64,000 nt of DNA, taken from positions 1,178 through 65,177 of the forward strand of contig QZIM01000018.1 of the NCBI GenBank assembly GCA_003599055.1, written 5' to 3'. The translations under genes and the position numbers were made by a program. Origin of the DNA: Candidatus Woesearchaeota archaeon. Its GTDB lineage: Archaea > Nanobdellota > Nanobdellia > Woesearchaeales > ARS49. The notes under the pieces were generated by a model, which made no database searches, was not told the origin of the DNA, and saw only the letters and a list, made by a program, of their open reading frames with translations. Of this stretch, positions 8,576 through 18,533 are shown piece by piece (within the stretch, counting starts at the first letter, position 1; each line of letters begins with the position of its first letter).

Positions 8576-9225
8576 ATGTCTTCTCGTACGCCGCACACTG
8601 CTTTCACGAATCACCCACGCGCATCCTCGAATACGAACACGCACGGCGCGTAACCCTGCACGGAAATGTTTTGGATTTAGGCGGAGGGTCGCTTGCGAGC
8701 TACGCAAAACTTATGCGCGGAACGTACAAACTCACCTCCCTTAACATTGACCCATCCATTTCGCCAACACACGTGTGCGACATTACCAAGCCGTTTCCGC
8801 TTGAAACCGGCACATTTGACATTGCAATCTCATTTAACACCTTTGAACACGTCAAAGAACTCGACACGCCCCTTGCCGAAACCTTTCGCACCCTCAAACC
8901 GGGCGGGCGCGTCATCTTCAGCACGCCATATTTGAAAGAGATTCACGCATCACCCGATGATTACTGGCGCATCTCCTCCAGCGCGTGGAAACACCTGCTT
9001 TTGAAACACGGATTTACCGACGTTCACGTAACCCCGCTCGGCTTTGGCCTTTTCACCGCGCGATTCGGACTCATATACGGACCGCTCCCGCGCATCCTGC
9101 GCCCCATTTGCGGATTCTTCTCCGCACTCCTTGACAAACTCTTTTCGAAACTGAGCAGGTACCGCCGCATGTGCGGCCCGCACATTTACCCCCTTGCATA
9201 TATTGCCCAAGCACGCAAGCCATAA
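8572..9225 (+). CDS. Class I SAM-dependent methyltransferase
   Basis: VLDLGGG, FNTFEHV, LKPGG, H..PDDYWR; ATGA overlap with the upstream gene. Confidence 0.88.
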   Translation: MNVFSYAAHCFHESPTRILEYEHARRVTLHGNVLDLGGGSLASYAKLMRGTYKLTSLNIDPSISPTHVCDITKPFPLETGTFDIAISFNTFEHVKELDTPLAETFRTLKPGGRVIFSTPYLKEIHASPDDYWRISSSAWKHLLLKHGFTDVHVTPLGFGLFTARFGLIYGPLPRILRPICGFFSALLDKLFSKLSRYRRMCGPHIYPLAYIAQARKP

Positions 9226-9263
9226 CGAAAGCTTTTTAAATCCCCTCCTTCGCCTCGCTCCGT

Positions 9264-9644
9264 ATGGTTGTCATCTCAAGAGGACGCATGCACCGCAAGC
9301 CCACGGGCGGAAGATACCACCCTATCGGGCGCAAGCGCAAATACGAAACCGGCAGCCAGCCGACCCACACCAAAATCGGCAAGCAGCACATCAGAACACG
9401 CAAGACCAAAGCACTCGCACAAAAAAGCAAAGTCCTCGTCGCAGAATTCGCAAACGTCTTTGACCCAAAAGCAAAGAAATACATCAAAAGCGCAATCAAG
9501 AGCGTCACCGACTCCCCTGCAAACCGCCACTTCGTCCGTCGAAACATCATCGTCCAAGGCACCATCATCCAAACCGACGCAGGCAAAGCACGCGTCACCT
9601 CAAGACCCGGACAAGACGGGACTGTGAACGCGGTTTTGGTTTAA
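9264..9644 (+). CDS. rps8e: 30S ribosomal protein S8e
   Basis: RKPTGG, RKRKYE.G, RRNII..G.II.T..G.ARVTSRPGQDG.VNAVL. Confidence 0.97.
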   Translation: MVVISRGRMHRKPTGGRYHPIGRKRKYETGSQPTHTKIGKQHIRTRKTKALAQKSKVLVAEFANVFDPKAKKYIKSAIKSVTDSPANRHFVRRNIIVQGTIIQTDAGKARVTSRPGQDGTVNAVLV

Positions 9645-9699
9645 TTCTCTATTTTGAATACCCGAAATTAATTTTAATAACACCACGTGCCGCGCTTGT

Positions 9700-11106
9700 A
9701 TGGAATCATACAAAAAAGAGTTTATCACATTCTTACTTGCCACCGGCGCACTCAAAGTCGGCGATGACCGCACGCTCAAAAGCGGACGCATCTCACCCTG
9801 GTTTGTCAACATCGGAGACTTCAACGACGGAGAAAGCACCGCCAAACTCGGCCTTGCCTACGCAGGCGCGGTCAAGCAATCAGGAATTGATTTTGATACC
9901 CTCTACGGCATTCCGGAAAAAGGAGTAGGCCTTGCGATTGCAACATCCATCGGACTTGCGCAAGAAGGAATGAACCGACCGTGGTTCTTCACCCGCAAAA
10001 TACCCAAAGGACACGGCGAAGGAACCGGAACAGCGCAGGCAACTGTTGGACGGGCACCAAAAAACGGGCAACGCATCTGCCAACTTGACGATGTCTTCAC
10101 CGCGGGCGACGCCAAATACCAAGCAAGAGACGACCTTGCCCGACTCGGCACGTTTGAACTTCCCCTCCTTACCATTGCGGTCGACCGCCAAGAAGTCGGA
10201 CCTGACGGAACAAGCGCGATTGAAAAATATGAGCGCGATACGGGAACAAAAGTTGTTGCAATCGTCACTGCGAGCGACGTTTACCACTACCTTGCAGAAA
10301 CAAAGCAGAACAGACGCGCACTCGAGCGCATGGCAAACTATTTGCGCGTTTACGGAACTTCAGAGGCACGCAAAAATATGGGAACACTTGAACAAAGAAT
10401 CATCACACGCGACAGGAGCATCATCCCCGCGTGCGACTTGGAAGACATTGGCGACTTTGAAAACCTCGTTCGTGAAACCGCAGACATTGACGGCATCGGC
10501 GGATACAAACTCGGATTTGAACTCGGCCTCACCTACGGACTTCCCCGCCTTGCGGAAGTTGCGCGAAAGCACACCGCAAAACCGCTTATTTATGACCACC
10601 AAAAAGCAGGAACCGACATTCCTGACACGGGCAAAAATTTTGCGCGCGTGTGCAAAAAAGCAGGAATTGACACCGTCATCTTCTTCCCGCAAGCAGGACC
10701 GGAAACCGAGCGCGCGTGGATATTCCACGCACTCGACCACGGCCTTCACGTCATTGTCGGCGGCCGCATGACTCATCCCGCATACGCAGTCAGTGAAGGA
10801 GGATTTATCACGGATGACGGCGCGATGGAAATGTATCGCATCGCAGCCCGCGCAGGCGTGAATAACTTTGTTGTTCCCGGCAACAAACCGGACGTCATTT
10901 CCGCCGTTAAAACGACTGTTGAATCTGAAGGAGTTGACCCTGTCTTTTACGCACCCGGATTTGTCGCCCAAGGCGGAGCAATCAGCGATGCGGCAAAAGC
11001 AGCAGGCAAACGATTCCACGGAATCGTCGGGCGCGGACTGCTCAAGGACAAAGCGTACCGTGAAAACGCCATTGAATACACGAGCCAAATTGCACGAAAC
11101 CCATAA
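9700..11106 (+). CDS. pyrEF: Bifunctional orotate phosphoribosyltransferase / OMP decarboxylase (PyrE-PyrF fusion)
   Basis: N-half: TLKSGRISPWF, RK..K.HGEG, LDDVFTAG. C-half: IIPACD, YKLG, IYDHQKAGTDIPDT, APG...QGG, IVGR. Confidence 0.9.
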   Translation: MESYKKEFITFLLATGALKVGDDRTLKSGRISPWFVNIGDFNDGESTAKLGLAYAGAVKQSGIDFDTLYGIPEKGVGLAIATSIGLAQEGMNRPWFFTRKIPKGHGEGTGTAQATVGRAPKNGQRICQLDDVFTAGDAKYQARDDLARLGTFELPLLTIAVDRQEVGPDGTSAIEKYERDTGTKVVAIVTASDVYHYLAETKQNRRALERMANYLRVYGTSEARKNMGTLEQRIITRDRSIIPACDLEDIGDFENLVRETADIDGIGGYKLGFELGLTYGLPRLAEVARKHTAKPLIYDHQKAGTDIPDTGKNFARVCKKAGIDTVIFFPQAGPETERAWIFHALDHGLHVIVGGRMTHPAYAVSEGGFITDDGAMEMYRIAARAGVNNFVVPGNKPDVISAVKTTVESEGVDPVFYAPGFVAQGGAISDAAKAAGKRFHGIVGRGLLKDKAYRENAIEYTSQIARNP

Positions 11107-11132
11107 AAACCCCTCCTTCATCAGGCGCACGT

Positions 11133-12158
11133 ATGAACACCCAGGAAAAGCTTGCGCTCATCAAACGGAACACGCAGGAAATCATCACTGAAGATGAGCT
11201 CAAAACGCTTCTTGAGGCCAAAAAGACCCCTGTTGTCTATTTGGGAACCTCTGTTACCGGCTCACCCCACATCGGCTACTTTGTCTGGGTCACCAAAATG
11301 GCAGACTTTATCAGGGCAGGATTCAAAGTTAAAGTCCTTTTGGCAGACATCCACGGCGCGCTTGACAACACCCCCTGGCCCCTGCTTGAGAAACGATACG
11401 AATATTATTCGATTGTCATCCCTGCGCTCTTTGAATCCATCGGCGCAGACCTTCACAAACTCGAAATCGTCAAAGGGTCAGACTTCCAACTCAAAAAAGA
11501 CTATTTGTTTGACGTCCTCAAGATGAGCACTTTCGTCACCGTCCACGACGCAATGAAATCTGCCAGCGAAGTCGTCAAGTTCGGAGAATCACCCAAGCTT
11601 GCCGGACTCATTTACCCCGTTATGCAGGCGCTGGACGAAGAACACCTCTGCGTCGACGTGCAATACGGCGGAATCGACCAGCGAAAAATTTTGGTTTTTG
11701 CCCGCGAAAATATGCCCAAAATGGGCTACAAAAGCCGCGTTGAAATCATGACACCGCTCATCCCCGGCCTTACCGCAAGCGGCAAAATGAGCAGTTCAGA
11801 GAAAGGCAGCAAAATCGACTTGCTTGACGATGAGAAAACGGTAAATGACAAGCTGAACGGCGCATACTGCCCCGAGAAACAAGTTGAGAACAACGGCGTC
11901 CTTGCATTTTTGAAACACGTTATTCTGGTGCATAAAACAGACAAAGGCGAACGTTTTGTGATTGACCGTCCTGAAAAATTCGGCGGACCGCTGACATTCA
12001 AGACCTATGAAGAAGTTGAGCGCGCATACGTTGACGGAAAACTGCACCCGCTTGACCTCAAAAAAGCAGTCGCAAAAGAAATCAACACACTCCTTGCACC
12101 CATCCGCGCAAAACTCGCCGGAAAAGAACAATTACTACGGGACGCATACCCCGCATGA
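11133..12158 (+). CDS. tyrS: Tyrosine--tRNA ligase (archaeal type)
   Basis: HIGY, YPVMQALD, GGIDQRK, KMSSS, LHPLDLK. Confidence 0.95.
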   Translation: MNTQEKLALIKRNTQEIITEDELKTLLEAKKTPVVYLGTSVTGSPHIGYFVWVTKMADFIRAGFKVKVLLADIHGALDNTPWPLLEKRYEYYSIVIPALFESIGADLHKLEIVKGSDFQLKKDYLFDVLKMSTFVTVHDAMKSASEVVKFGESPKLAGLIYPVMQALDEEHLCVDVQYGGIDQRKILVFARENMPKMGYKSRVEIMTPLIPGLTASGKMSSSEKGSKIDLLDDEKTVNDKLNGAYCPEKQVENNGVLAFLKHVILVHKTDKGERFVIDRPEKFGGPLTFKTYEEVERAYVDGKLHPLDLKKAVAKEINTLLAPIRAKLAGKEQLLRDAYPA

Positions 12159-13180
12159 TTCAACACTTCCAAAAAAGACTCTCGGAAACACCCTGCGACC
12201 TCGCCCTCTTTTTTGATTCCGATTCAAACATCACGTATTTTGCCGGCGTTCGCACCGAACGTGCGTGCCTTGCAATACCGAAAGAAGGTGAGGCGATTCT
12301 CTTTGTCGTCGGATTTGAAGCAGACCGGCACGCGCAAAACTCAACAACGAATGTTATCAAGACTGACCGAAAGATACTGGAAAAAGCAGCAGAACAGTTT
12401 CGCGCAAAAAATATCGGCATCGTCTCCTCCGCAGTCACGTATGCGGATGCGAAAAATATCCAGGACATCTTTGGCGCGCAATTATACGATGTTTCTGAAA
12501 TCATCACCGCACAACGCGCGGTTAAAACGGACGGAGAAATTGCGCGCATCAAAAAAGCCTGCGCAATCACAGACGAACTCTTTGGAGAACTCATCCAAAC
12601 TATTGGCACGCTCGCGACAGAACGCGACTGCGCAAACTTCCTGAAAACGCGCATGATGGAACGAGGAGTTGAACCCAGCTTTACACCCATCATCGCGACC
12701 GCCGCCAACGCGGCAATTCCGCACCACGAGCCAACCGATGCCAAACTGAACGGCTTTACCGTCATTGACTTTGGCGTCGTGTTCAAAAACTACTGCTCCG
12801 ACATGACCCGCACCGTATTTGCCGGAACACCGACAGCAAAAGACAAGGAACACTACGAACGCGTCCTTGCCGTCCAGGAAGACAGCATTGCCTCTTGCAT
12901 TCCCGGCGCCACACTTGAAGAAGTGCACGATGCTGCAAAGAAAAAACTCGGCGAGGCATTCATCCACCGCATCGGGCACTCCCTTGGCATTGATGTCCAC
13001 GACACACAGCCAACCCCTTATGCATTTCAAGAAAACTGCATCGTCACAATGGAACCCGGCATCTACTTTCCCGGAAAATTCGGCATTCGGATTGAGGATG
13101 ACGTTGTTATCACAAACAAGACACCAAACGCGCTCACGCAAACACCAAAAACACTTCTGCGATTTCATTCCCGACGATAA
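12155..13180 (+). CDS. Xaa-Pro aminopeptidase (M24)
   Basis: IPHH, IDFG, YCSDMTRT, H..GHSLG.DVHD, EPGIY, GIRIEDD. Confidence 0.93.
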   Translation: MIQHFQKRLSETPCDLALFFDSDSNITYFAGVRTERACLAIPKEGEAILFVVGFEADRHAQNSTTNVIKTDRKILEKAAEQFRAKNIGIVSSAVTYADAKNIQDIFGAQLYDVSEIITAQRAVKTDGEIARIKKACAITDELFGELIQTIGTLATERDCANFLKTRMMERGVEPSFTPIIATAANAAIPHHEPTDAKLNGFTVIDFGVVFKNYCSDMTRTVFAGTPTAKDKEHYERVLAVQEDSIASCIPGATLEEVHDAAKKKLGEAFIHRIGHSLGIDVHDTQPTPYAFQENCIVTMEPGIYFPGKFGIRIEDDVVITNKTPNALTQTPKTLLRFHSRR

Positions 13181-13260
13181 GAAAAGAAAATGTTAACTCC
13201 CGAGTGGAACAAAGGTAGTGAAAAATTATTTGGCAGACTATAGCTTGAGTTGCGTAAATG

Positions 13261-13319
13261 TTTAAATATCATTTCCATTTATTGTATTTTAGTCCGACGA
13301 AGACCACAATATGTTGTGG
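13261..13319 (+). promoter_or_regulatory. Archaeal TATA box followed by tandem NrdR boxes
   Basis: TTTAAATA at 13261-13268; near-palindromic CCACAATATGTTGTGG at 13304-13319; weaker TTTCCATTTATTGTAT at 13272-13287, 32 bp upstream; directly 5' of nrdR-nrdJ. Confidence 0.75.
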
Positions 13320-13362
13320 TTTTTGTCACTTCAAAAAAGTGAGTGAGAAAAAAAGGTGAACG

Positions 13363-13848
13363 ATGCGCTGCCCATTCTGTAAATTCGAAGACACCAAAGT
13401 CCTTGACAGCAGGCTCACCCCCGACTTTGCCAGCATCCGCCGCAGGCGCGAATGCCAGGAATGCGAAAAACGATTCACCACTTATGAACGGATGGAAACA
13501 GAAGAACTCAGCATTGTCAAGCGCGACGGCCGACGAGAACCGTTCTCCCGTGAAAAGCTTCTTAAAGGAGTACTGCGCGCCTGCGAAAAACGGCCCGTGA
13601 AGCGCGAGCATATGGAGAACATCGTCGCGCTTGTTGAAAACGCAATCCGCGCAAACAGCAAAAACGAGCTGCGCACGAGCAAGGTGGGGGAAATCGTGAT
13701 GAACGAACTTGGCAAAATAGATGACGTTGCGTATGTGCGCTTCGCAAGCGTCTACCGCAAGTTCCGCCACGCAGACCAGTTCGTTGACGCAATCAAACAC
13801 TTACGCAAAATGGAGACCGTGCCAAACGCAACCGCAGGTCTTCGCTAA
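13363..13848 (+). CDS. nrdR: Transcriptional repressor NrdR
   Basis: MRCPFC..TKVLDSR..IRRRRECQEC.KRFTTYER, ATP cone, VAYVRFASVYR. Confidence 0.97.
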   Translation: MRCPFCKFEDTKVLDSRLTPDFASIRRRRECQECEKRFTTYERMETEELSIVKRDGRREPFSREKLLKGVLRACEKRPVKREHMENIVALVENAIRANSKNELRTSKVGEIVMNELGKIDDVAYVRFASVYRKFRHADQFVDAIKHLRKMETVPNATAGLR

Positions 13849-13871
13849 AAAAACGGAGGGAAACAGAAATC

Positions 13872-16457
13872 ATGACACCAATAAAGAACGACGCCAAGGA
13901 AATCGCAAAAGAATGGGACAAGCCCCCTTTCGGAAACATCCCCCTTACGGAAAACCAGCGCAAAGTCATCACCGACAAATACCTCCGCGACGACCCCTCC
14001 GTTGAACACTGGCTCTGGAACATTGCAAAAAACATCGCACTTGCAGAACTCCTCTACCACCCTGAAATTCCCCGCGCGCAAATCCTTGCAGGCGTCCGCC
14101 ACACCCAGGAATGGGTCGATGTGGGCGCAGGAGAACAGAGCGAACTTCTCCTCATTCACGCAGGAGCCCGCGGCCACAACGACCAGGACCAAAACCACCA
14201 CCGGTTCATCCAAAACCTCTACAAGCTCGTCGAAAACTCACCGCGCGCCCGGGAAATCATGCTCAAGACCGGAACACAATTCTACGATATGCTGGCAAAT
14301 TTTGACTTTTTGCCCAACAGCCCGACACTTATGAACGCCGGACGGGAACTCCAGCAGCTCAGCGCGTGCTACGTCCTTCCCATTGAAGACAGCATTGAAG
14401 GATGGGGAGACCTTGTCAAGCACACCATGCTCATCCACAAGAGCGGCGGCGGAACCGGCTTTAGCGGCTGCCGCGTACGCCCAAAAGGAGACCGCGTCAA
14501 AAGCACCAAAGGAGTCGCATCCGGCGCGCTCTCGCCGCTTTCCATCATCAACCACGCAACCCAGGAAGTCAAGCAGGGCGGAACGAGGCGCGGCGCGAAT
14601 ATGGGCATTTTGCCCTACTGGCACCCCGACGTCATTGAATTCATCAAGTACAAAGCAGAAGAAGGCAAGCTGGAAAACTTCAACATTTCCGTTGCCGTCG
14701 ACAAAAAATTCATGGAAGCAGCGCGCAAAGGCGAAGACTACGATATGCTCAACCCGCGGACCAAAGAGCCCGTCGGCAAACAGAACGCGAAAGAAGTCTT
14801 CAACATGATTGCGGAATACGCGTGGAAAACAGGCGACCCCGGAATGATTTGGATTGACCACATCAACGAATCGCTCTCAAACCCAACCCCAAAAATCGGG
14901 CAAATTGAAAGCACCAACCCCTGCGGAGAACAGCCGCTTTTGCCGTACGAGCCGTGCAACCTTGGCTCGATTAACCTCGGCAAATTCGTCGTTATGGGAA
15001 AAATCGACTACGCACGCCTTGGAGAAATCGTCAAGCTGTCCATCCGATTCCTTGACAACGTGATTGACGTCAACAACTATCCTTTGCCGCAAATCGAGCA
15101 CATCGCAAAAGGAAACCGCAGAATCGGCCTTGGCGTTATGGGCTGGGCGGAACTTCTCGCACTCATCGGCGTCCCCTACGACAGCCCCGAAGCGATTGCA
15201 AAAGCGGAAGAACTTATGCAGTTCATCAACGCAAAAGCACTTGAAGCAAGCGAAGAACTCGCACTTGAACGCGGCGTCTTCGCCAACTTCAAAGACAGCA
15301 TCTTTGATGCAAGCGGACCATACCACCGCGAATACGCAAAAGGCCGCCCGCGCAACTGCGCGCGCACAACCATTGCACCAACCGGCACCATCGCCATTTG
15401 CGCAGGACTCCAGGGCGGAGGCATCGAGCCGTTCTTCAGCATCGCATACACACGCTACAACGCAAAAGCACTCGATATGCTCAAGAAAGGACAAACCCCT
15501 GACGAAAAGGACGTGTTCCACGAAGTCAACCCGATTTTCCTTGCCGTCGCCGAAAAACACAACTATTTCGGCCTGAAACCGCAGGAACTCTGGAAAAAAA
15601 TTGAAAACAACCACAACTCGGTCCGCGGCCTTAAGGAAGTCCCCGAAAACCTGCAGCGCGTCTTTGCCACTGCACACGACGTGAACGTTGAATACCACGT
15701 CAAACACCAAGCAGCATTCCAAAAATACACGGACAACGGCGTGTCAAAAACAATTAACATGCCCAACAGCGCAACGGTTGAAGACATCAAAAAGACCTAT
15801 ATGCTGTCCTGGGAACTCGGCTGCAAAGGAATCACCGTGTACCGCGACGGCTGCAAGAGCCACCAAGTGCTCAACGTCACCAAAAAAGAAGAAAAGGCCA
15901 AAGAAAAACCAAAAGCAGACCCTGCGGAAGGAATCGGCTCGGTTTATTACCAACTCGACACCGGACACGGGCCAATCCACATCCACGTTGACCACCACGA
16001 CGGAGCAATCCAACGCGTGTTCACCTCAATTACCCCCGTTGGGACGGAAATTTCCGGCCTTACCGCAGTTATGGGCATTTTGATTAGCAAATACCTGCAA
16101 CTCGGCGGCGATGTCAATGAGATACGAAAACACCTCAACAGCATCAAAAGCGACAAGCCGCACGGCTTTGGCCCCAAACGCGTCGAAAGCATCCCGCACG
16201 CAGTCAGCGTTGCCCTGTCCAAATTCATGGCACAATCAGGCGCACTGCCCGGACAACAGCTTTTGACCCCGCACACGGACAAGCCCACACCGGAAGTCCA
16301 GGCACAACTGTCCGTCACGGTCAAACAACCGGCCCAGGAACAACCGCACGCAGAAGACAACAAGCACTGCCCAAAATGCTTTAGCCCGAACGTTGCAATG
16401 CTCAGCGGCTGCTCCGGACCCACGTGCTATGAATGCGGGCACTCTGAGTGCAGTTAA
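13872..16457 (+). CDS. nrdJ: Class II (adenosylcobalamin-dependent) ribonucleotide reductase
   Basis: PNSPTLMNAG, SACYV, GGTRRGANM, TNPCGEQ, CNLGSINL, IAPTGT, C-terminal CPKC...CYECGHSEC; adjacent to pduO, and no nrdB. Confidence 0.95.
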   Translation: MTPIKNDAKEIAKEWDKPPFGNIPLTENQRKVITDKYLRDDPSVEHWLWNIAKNIALAELLYHPEIPRAQILAGVRHTQEWVDVGAGEQSELLLIHAGARGHNDQDQNHHRFIQNLYKLVENSPRAREIMLKTGTQFYDMLANFDFLPNSPTLMNAGRELQQLSACYVLPIEDSIEGWGDLVKHTMLIHKSGGGTGFSGCRVRPKGDRVKSTKGVASGALSPLSIINHATQEVKQGGTRRGANMGILPYWHPDVIEFIKYKAEEGKLENFNISVAVDKKFMEAARKGEDYDMLNPRTKEPVGKQNAKEVFNMIAEYAWKTGDPGMIWIDHINESLSNPTPKIGQIESTNPCGEQPLLPYEPCNLGSINLGKFVVMGKIDYARLGEIVKLSIRFLDNVIDVNNYPLPQIEHIAKGNRRIGLGVMGWAELLALIGVPYDSPEAIAKAEELMQFINAKALEASEELALERGVFANFKDSIFDASGPYHREYAKGRPRNCARTTIAPTGTIAICAGLQGGGIEPFFSIAYTRYNAKALDMLKKGQTPDEKDVFHEVNPIFLAVAEKHNYFGLKPQELWKKIENNHNSVRGLKEVPENLQRVFATAHDVNVEYHVKHQAAFQKYTDNGVSKTINMPNSATVEDIKKTYMLSWELGCKGITVYRDGCKSHQVLNVTKKEEKAKEKPKADPAEGIGSVYYQLDTGHGPIHIHVDHHDGAIQRVFTSITPVGTEISGLTAVMGILISKYLQLGGDVNEIRKHLNSIKSDKPHGFGPKRVESIPHAVSVALSKFMAQSGALPGQQLLTPHTDKPTPEVQAQLSVTVKQPAQEQPHAEDNKHCPKCFSPNVAMLSGCSGPTCYECGHSECS

Positions 16458-16526
16458 ACTTTCTTTTTGTTTTCTTTTTCTTTACTGCCGAAATGCATAA
16501 ATAGACCGAATTTTCCAAAAACAAAC

Positions 16527-17066
16527 ATGTCCATTTCCACAAAAACAGGTGACAAAGGAGAGACTTCGCTTATCGGCGGGGACCGCGTGCGCAAAAATGA
16601 CTCGCGCATTGAAGCGTACGGAACGGTTGACGAACTCAACGCGCTCCTCGGGGTTTGCCTAAATGTCATTGAAAGCCCGGCGATAAAAAGTGTTATTTCG
16701 CAAGTCCAGCACGACCTTTTTACGATTGGGGCAGAACTTGCCGCGCTCAACGGAAAAGAAATGACGATGAACCTGCCCAAATTAACAGAAGAACACCTTG
16801 CATTCATTGACTCCGCGCTTGAAACAACCGAAGGCGCGCTGCCACAACAGCGCAATTTCATCCTGCCAAAAGGAGTCCCGAGCGCTGCGCATTTGCACCT
16901 TGCACGCACGGTCTGCCGCAGGGCAGAGCGAGGCATTGCCGCGTGCGCATCACACAACCCCAACCCAAACATTATGCGCTATCTGAACCGCCTTGGCGAT
17001 TTGCTCTTCCTCTTCGCACGGCTCGAAAACAAAGGAAAAGCCCCTGAAGAAGCAGTGCAGTACTAG
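16527..17066 (+). CDS. pduO: ATP:cob(I)alamin adenosyltransferase (PduO type)
   Basis: TKTGDKGETSL, IEAYGTVDELN, ARTVCRRAER, YLNRLGDLLF. Confidence 0.95.
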   Translation: MSISTKTGDKGETSLIGGDRVRKNDSRIEAYGTVDELNALLGVCLNVIESPAIKSVISQVQHDLFTIGAELAALNGKEMTMNLPKLTEEHLAFIDSALETTEGALPQQRNFILPKGVPSAAHLHLARTVCRRAERGIAACASHNPNPNIMRYLNRLGDLLFLFARLENKGKAPEEAVQY

Positions 17067-17118
17067 CACAGGACCGCTTGGCGCAAACTTTTTGAACCCC
17101 TTCTTTCGTGACACACCC

Positions 17119-17262
17119 GTGGACCTTGACAAACAATTCAGCAAAACACTCCTTCAAACCGACTTTGACCCGTGCACGATTTGCGGAATGCCCATGGTCG
17201 CAAACAAGTGCAAAATCAATTGCCTGCACTGCGGCTTTCGACGGGACTGCTCCGACAGTTAG
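17119..17262 (+). CDS. Small CxxC zinc-finger protein
   Basis: GTG start after a TTTTTGAA promoter-like element; CTICG..M...CKINCLHCGFRRDCSD. Confidence 0.6.
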   Translation: MDLDKQFSKTLLQTDFDPCTICGMPMVANKCKINCLHCGFRRDCSDS

Positions 17263-17365
17263 AATCGCTATAAAAAGCCCTATTTAAACCTATAAATAGT
17301 TCACCGAAAGCTTTAAATATAAGTGTCGGGATTTTTCCGGTTCATGACTGACTCAGGTGAAGACG

Positions 17366-17698
17366 ATGATGGGCACTCACCTTCTGGTCAACCTGTATGG
17401 GTGCCCTAAAGAGAACCTTGAACGGGCAGACACCGTTCTTACCTACCTTAATCAAATAGTCCAAAAAGCAGAACTCACCAAAATCGGCGAAAACGCCCAC
17501 CAATTCGAGCCGTTCGGCGCAACCGCAATCATCCTTCTTGCCGAAAGCCACATCAGCATCCACACGTGGCCCGAGCGCGGAGAAGCAGCAGTTGACATAT
17601 TTACGTGCGCAGACGAAGCGCGCAACGAACGCGCATTCCAACACCTCATCGAACTTTTCCAACCGGAACGCTACGACAAGCAAAAGGTGGTCCGATGA
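17366..17698 (+). CDS. speD: S-adenosylmethionine decarboxylase proenzyme
   Basis: G.HLL, HQFEP.G.T..LLAESHISIHTWPE, DIFTC; AGGTGA RBS. Confidence 0.95.
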   Translation: MMGTHLLVNLYGCPKENLERADTVLTYLNQIVQKAELTKIGENAHQFEPFGATAIILLAESHISIHTWPERGEAAVDIFTCADEARNERAFQHLIELFQPERYDKQKVVR

Positions 17699-18501
17699 AA
17701 CAAAACCTCACCTTTGCCACGGTTGAAATGCCGTCCATCACCCTTGCAGAAAAGAAGACACCCTACCAACACGTCCAAATCGTGCAAACAAAACAATTCG
17801 GCAAAATCGCACTCCTTGACCGCATCGTCCAATTCTCAGAAAAAGACGAAGGGTTCTACCACGAAAGCTTTGTGCACCCCGGGATGGCACTTCACGAGTC
17901 ACCGAAAAACGTGCTCATCATCGGCGGCGGAGACGGCGGAACGCTCCGGGAGGCGCTCAAACACCCCATTGAATCCGCAACCCTTGTTGAAATTGACGGC
18001 GAAGCAATGGAACTTATGCGCGCGCACATCCCTCTTGCGGAAGAAGCATTCACCGACAAGCGCACAACCGTCATCATCGGCGACGGGTTCGCCCACCTTC
18101 ACGAAACACAAAATACATACGACATTATCCTCCTTGACCTGAGCGACCCGGAAGGCCCTGCGGAAAAATTATACCAGGAAGGATTCTACCAAACCGTCAA
18201 AAAAGCACTCGCCCCGGGCGGCATCCTCATCAGCCACACGCCCACCGCAGACTATTACGCGCACCAAACACAACCCATCATCCGCGCGCTCAGCAAAACA
18301 TTTGCCACCGTAACCCCCTACTTTGAATTCGTCCCCAGCTACTTTTGCAGTATGACCTTTGCCATCGCAAGCGACACCGCGCGCACAAACACGGTTGCGA
18401 AAACGCTCACCGAACGAAAAATTCTCCTCAAGACTTACACCCCCGAACAGCTCCAAAACCTGCTTTTGCCCAGCGCCCATCTCAAGGACATAAAAATTTA
18501 A
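17695..18501 (+). CDS. speE: Spermidine synthase (polyamine aminopropyltransferase)
   Basis: TPYQ, DEGFYHE, LIIGGGDGG.LRE, VEID, YDIILLDLSDP. Confidence 0.93.
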   Translation: MKQNLTFATVEMPSITLAEKKTPYQHVQIVQTKQFGKIALLDRIVQFSEKDEGFYHESFVHPGMALHESPKNVLIIGGGDGGTLREALKHPIESATLVEIDGEAMELMRAHIPLAEEAFTDKRTTVIIGDGFAHLHETQNTYDIILLDLSDPEGPAEKLYQEGFYQTVKKALAPGGILISHTPTADYYAHQTQPIIRALSKTFATVTPYFEFVPSYFCSMTFAIASDTARTNTVAKTLTERKILLKTYTPEQLQNLLLPSAHLKDIKI

Positions 18502-18533
18502 ATAGCAGCAAAAGCACAATCCGGCGGGGTAAA

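Noticed and set aside
13872-16457. Intein or intron in nrdJ
   Set aside because: Catalytic motifs are contiguous (TNPCGEQ intact), with no LAGLIDADG or HN|C junction; only a modest N-terminal insertion.
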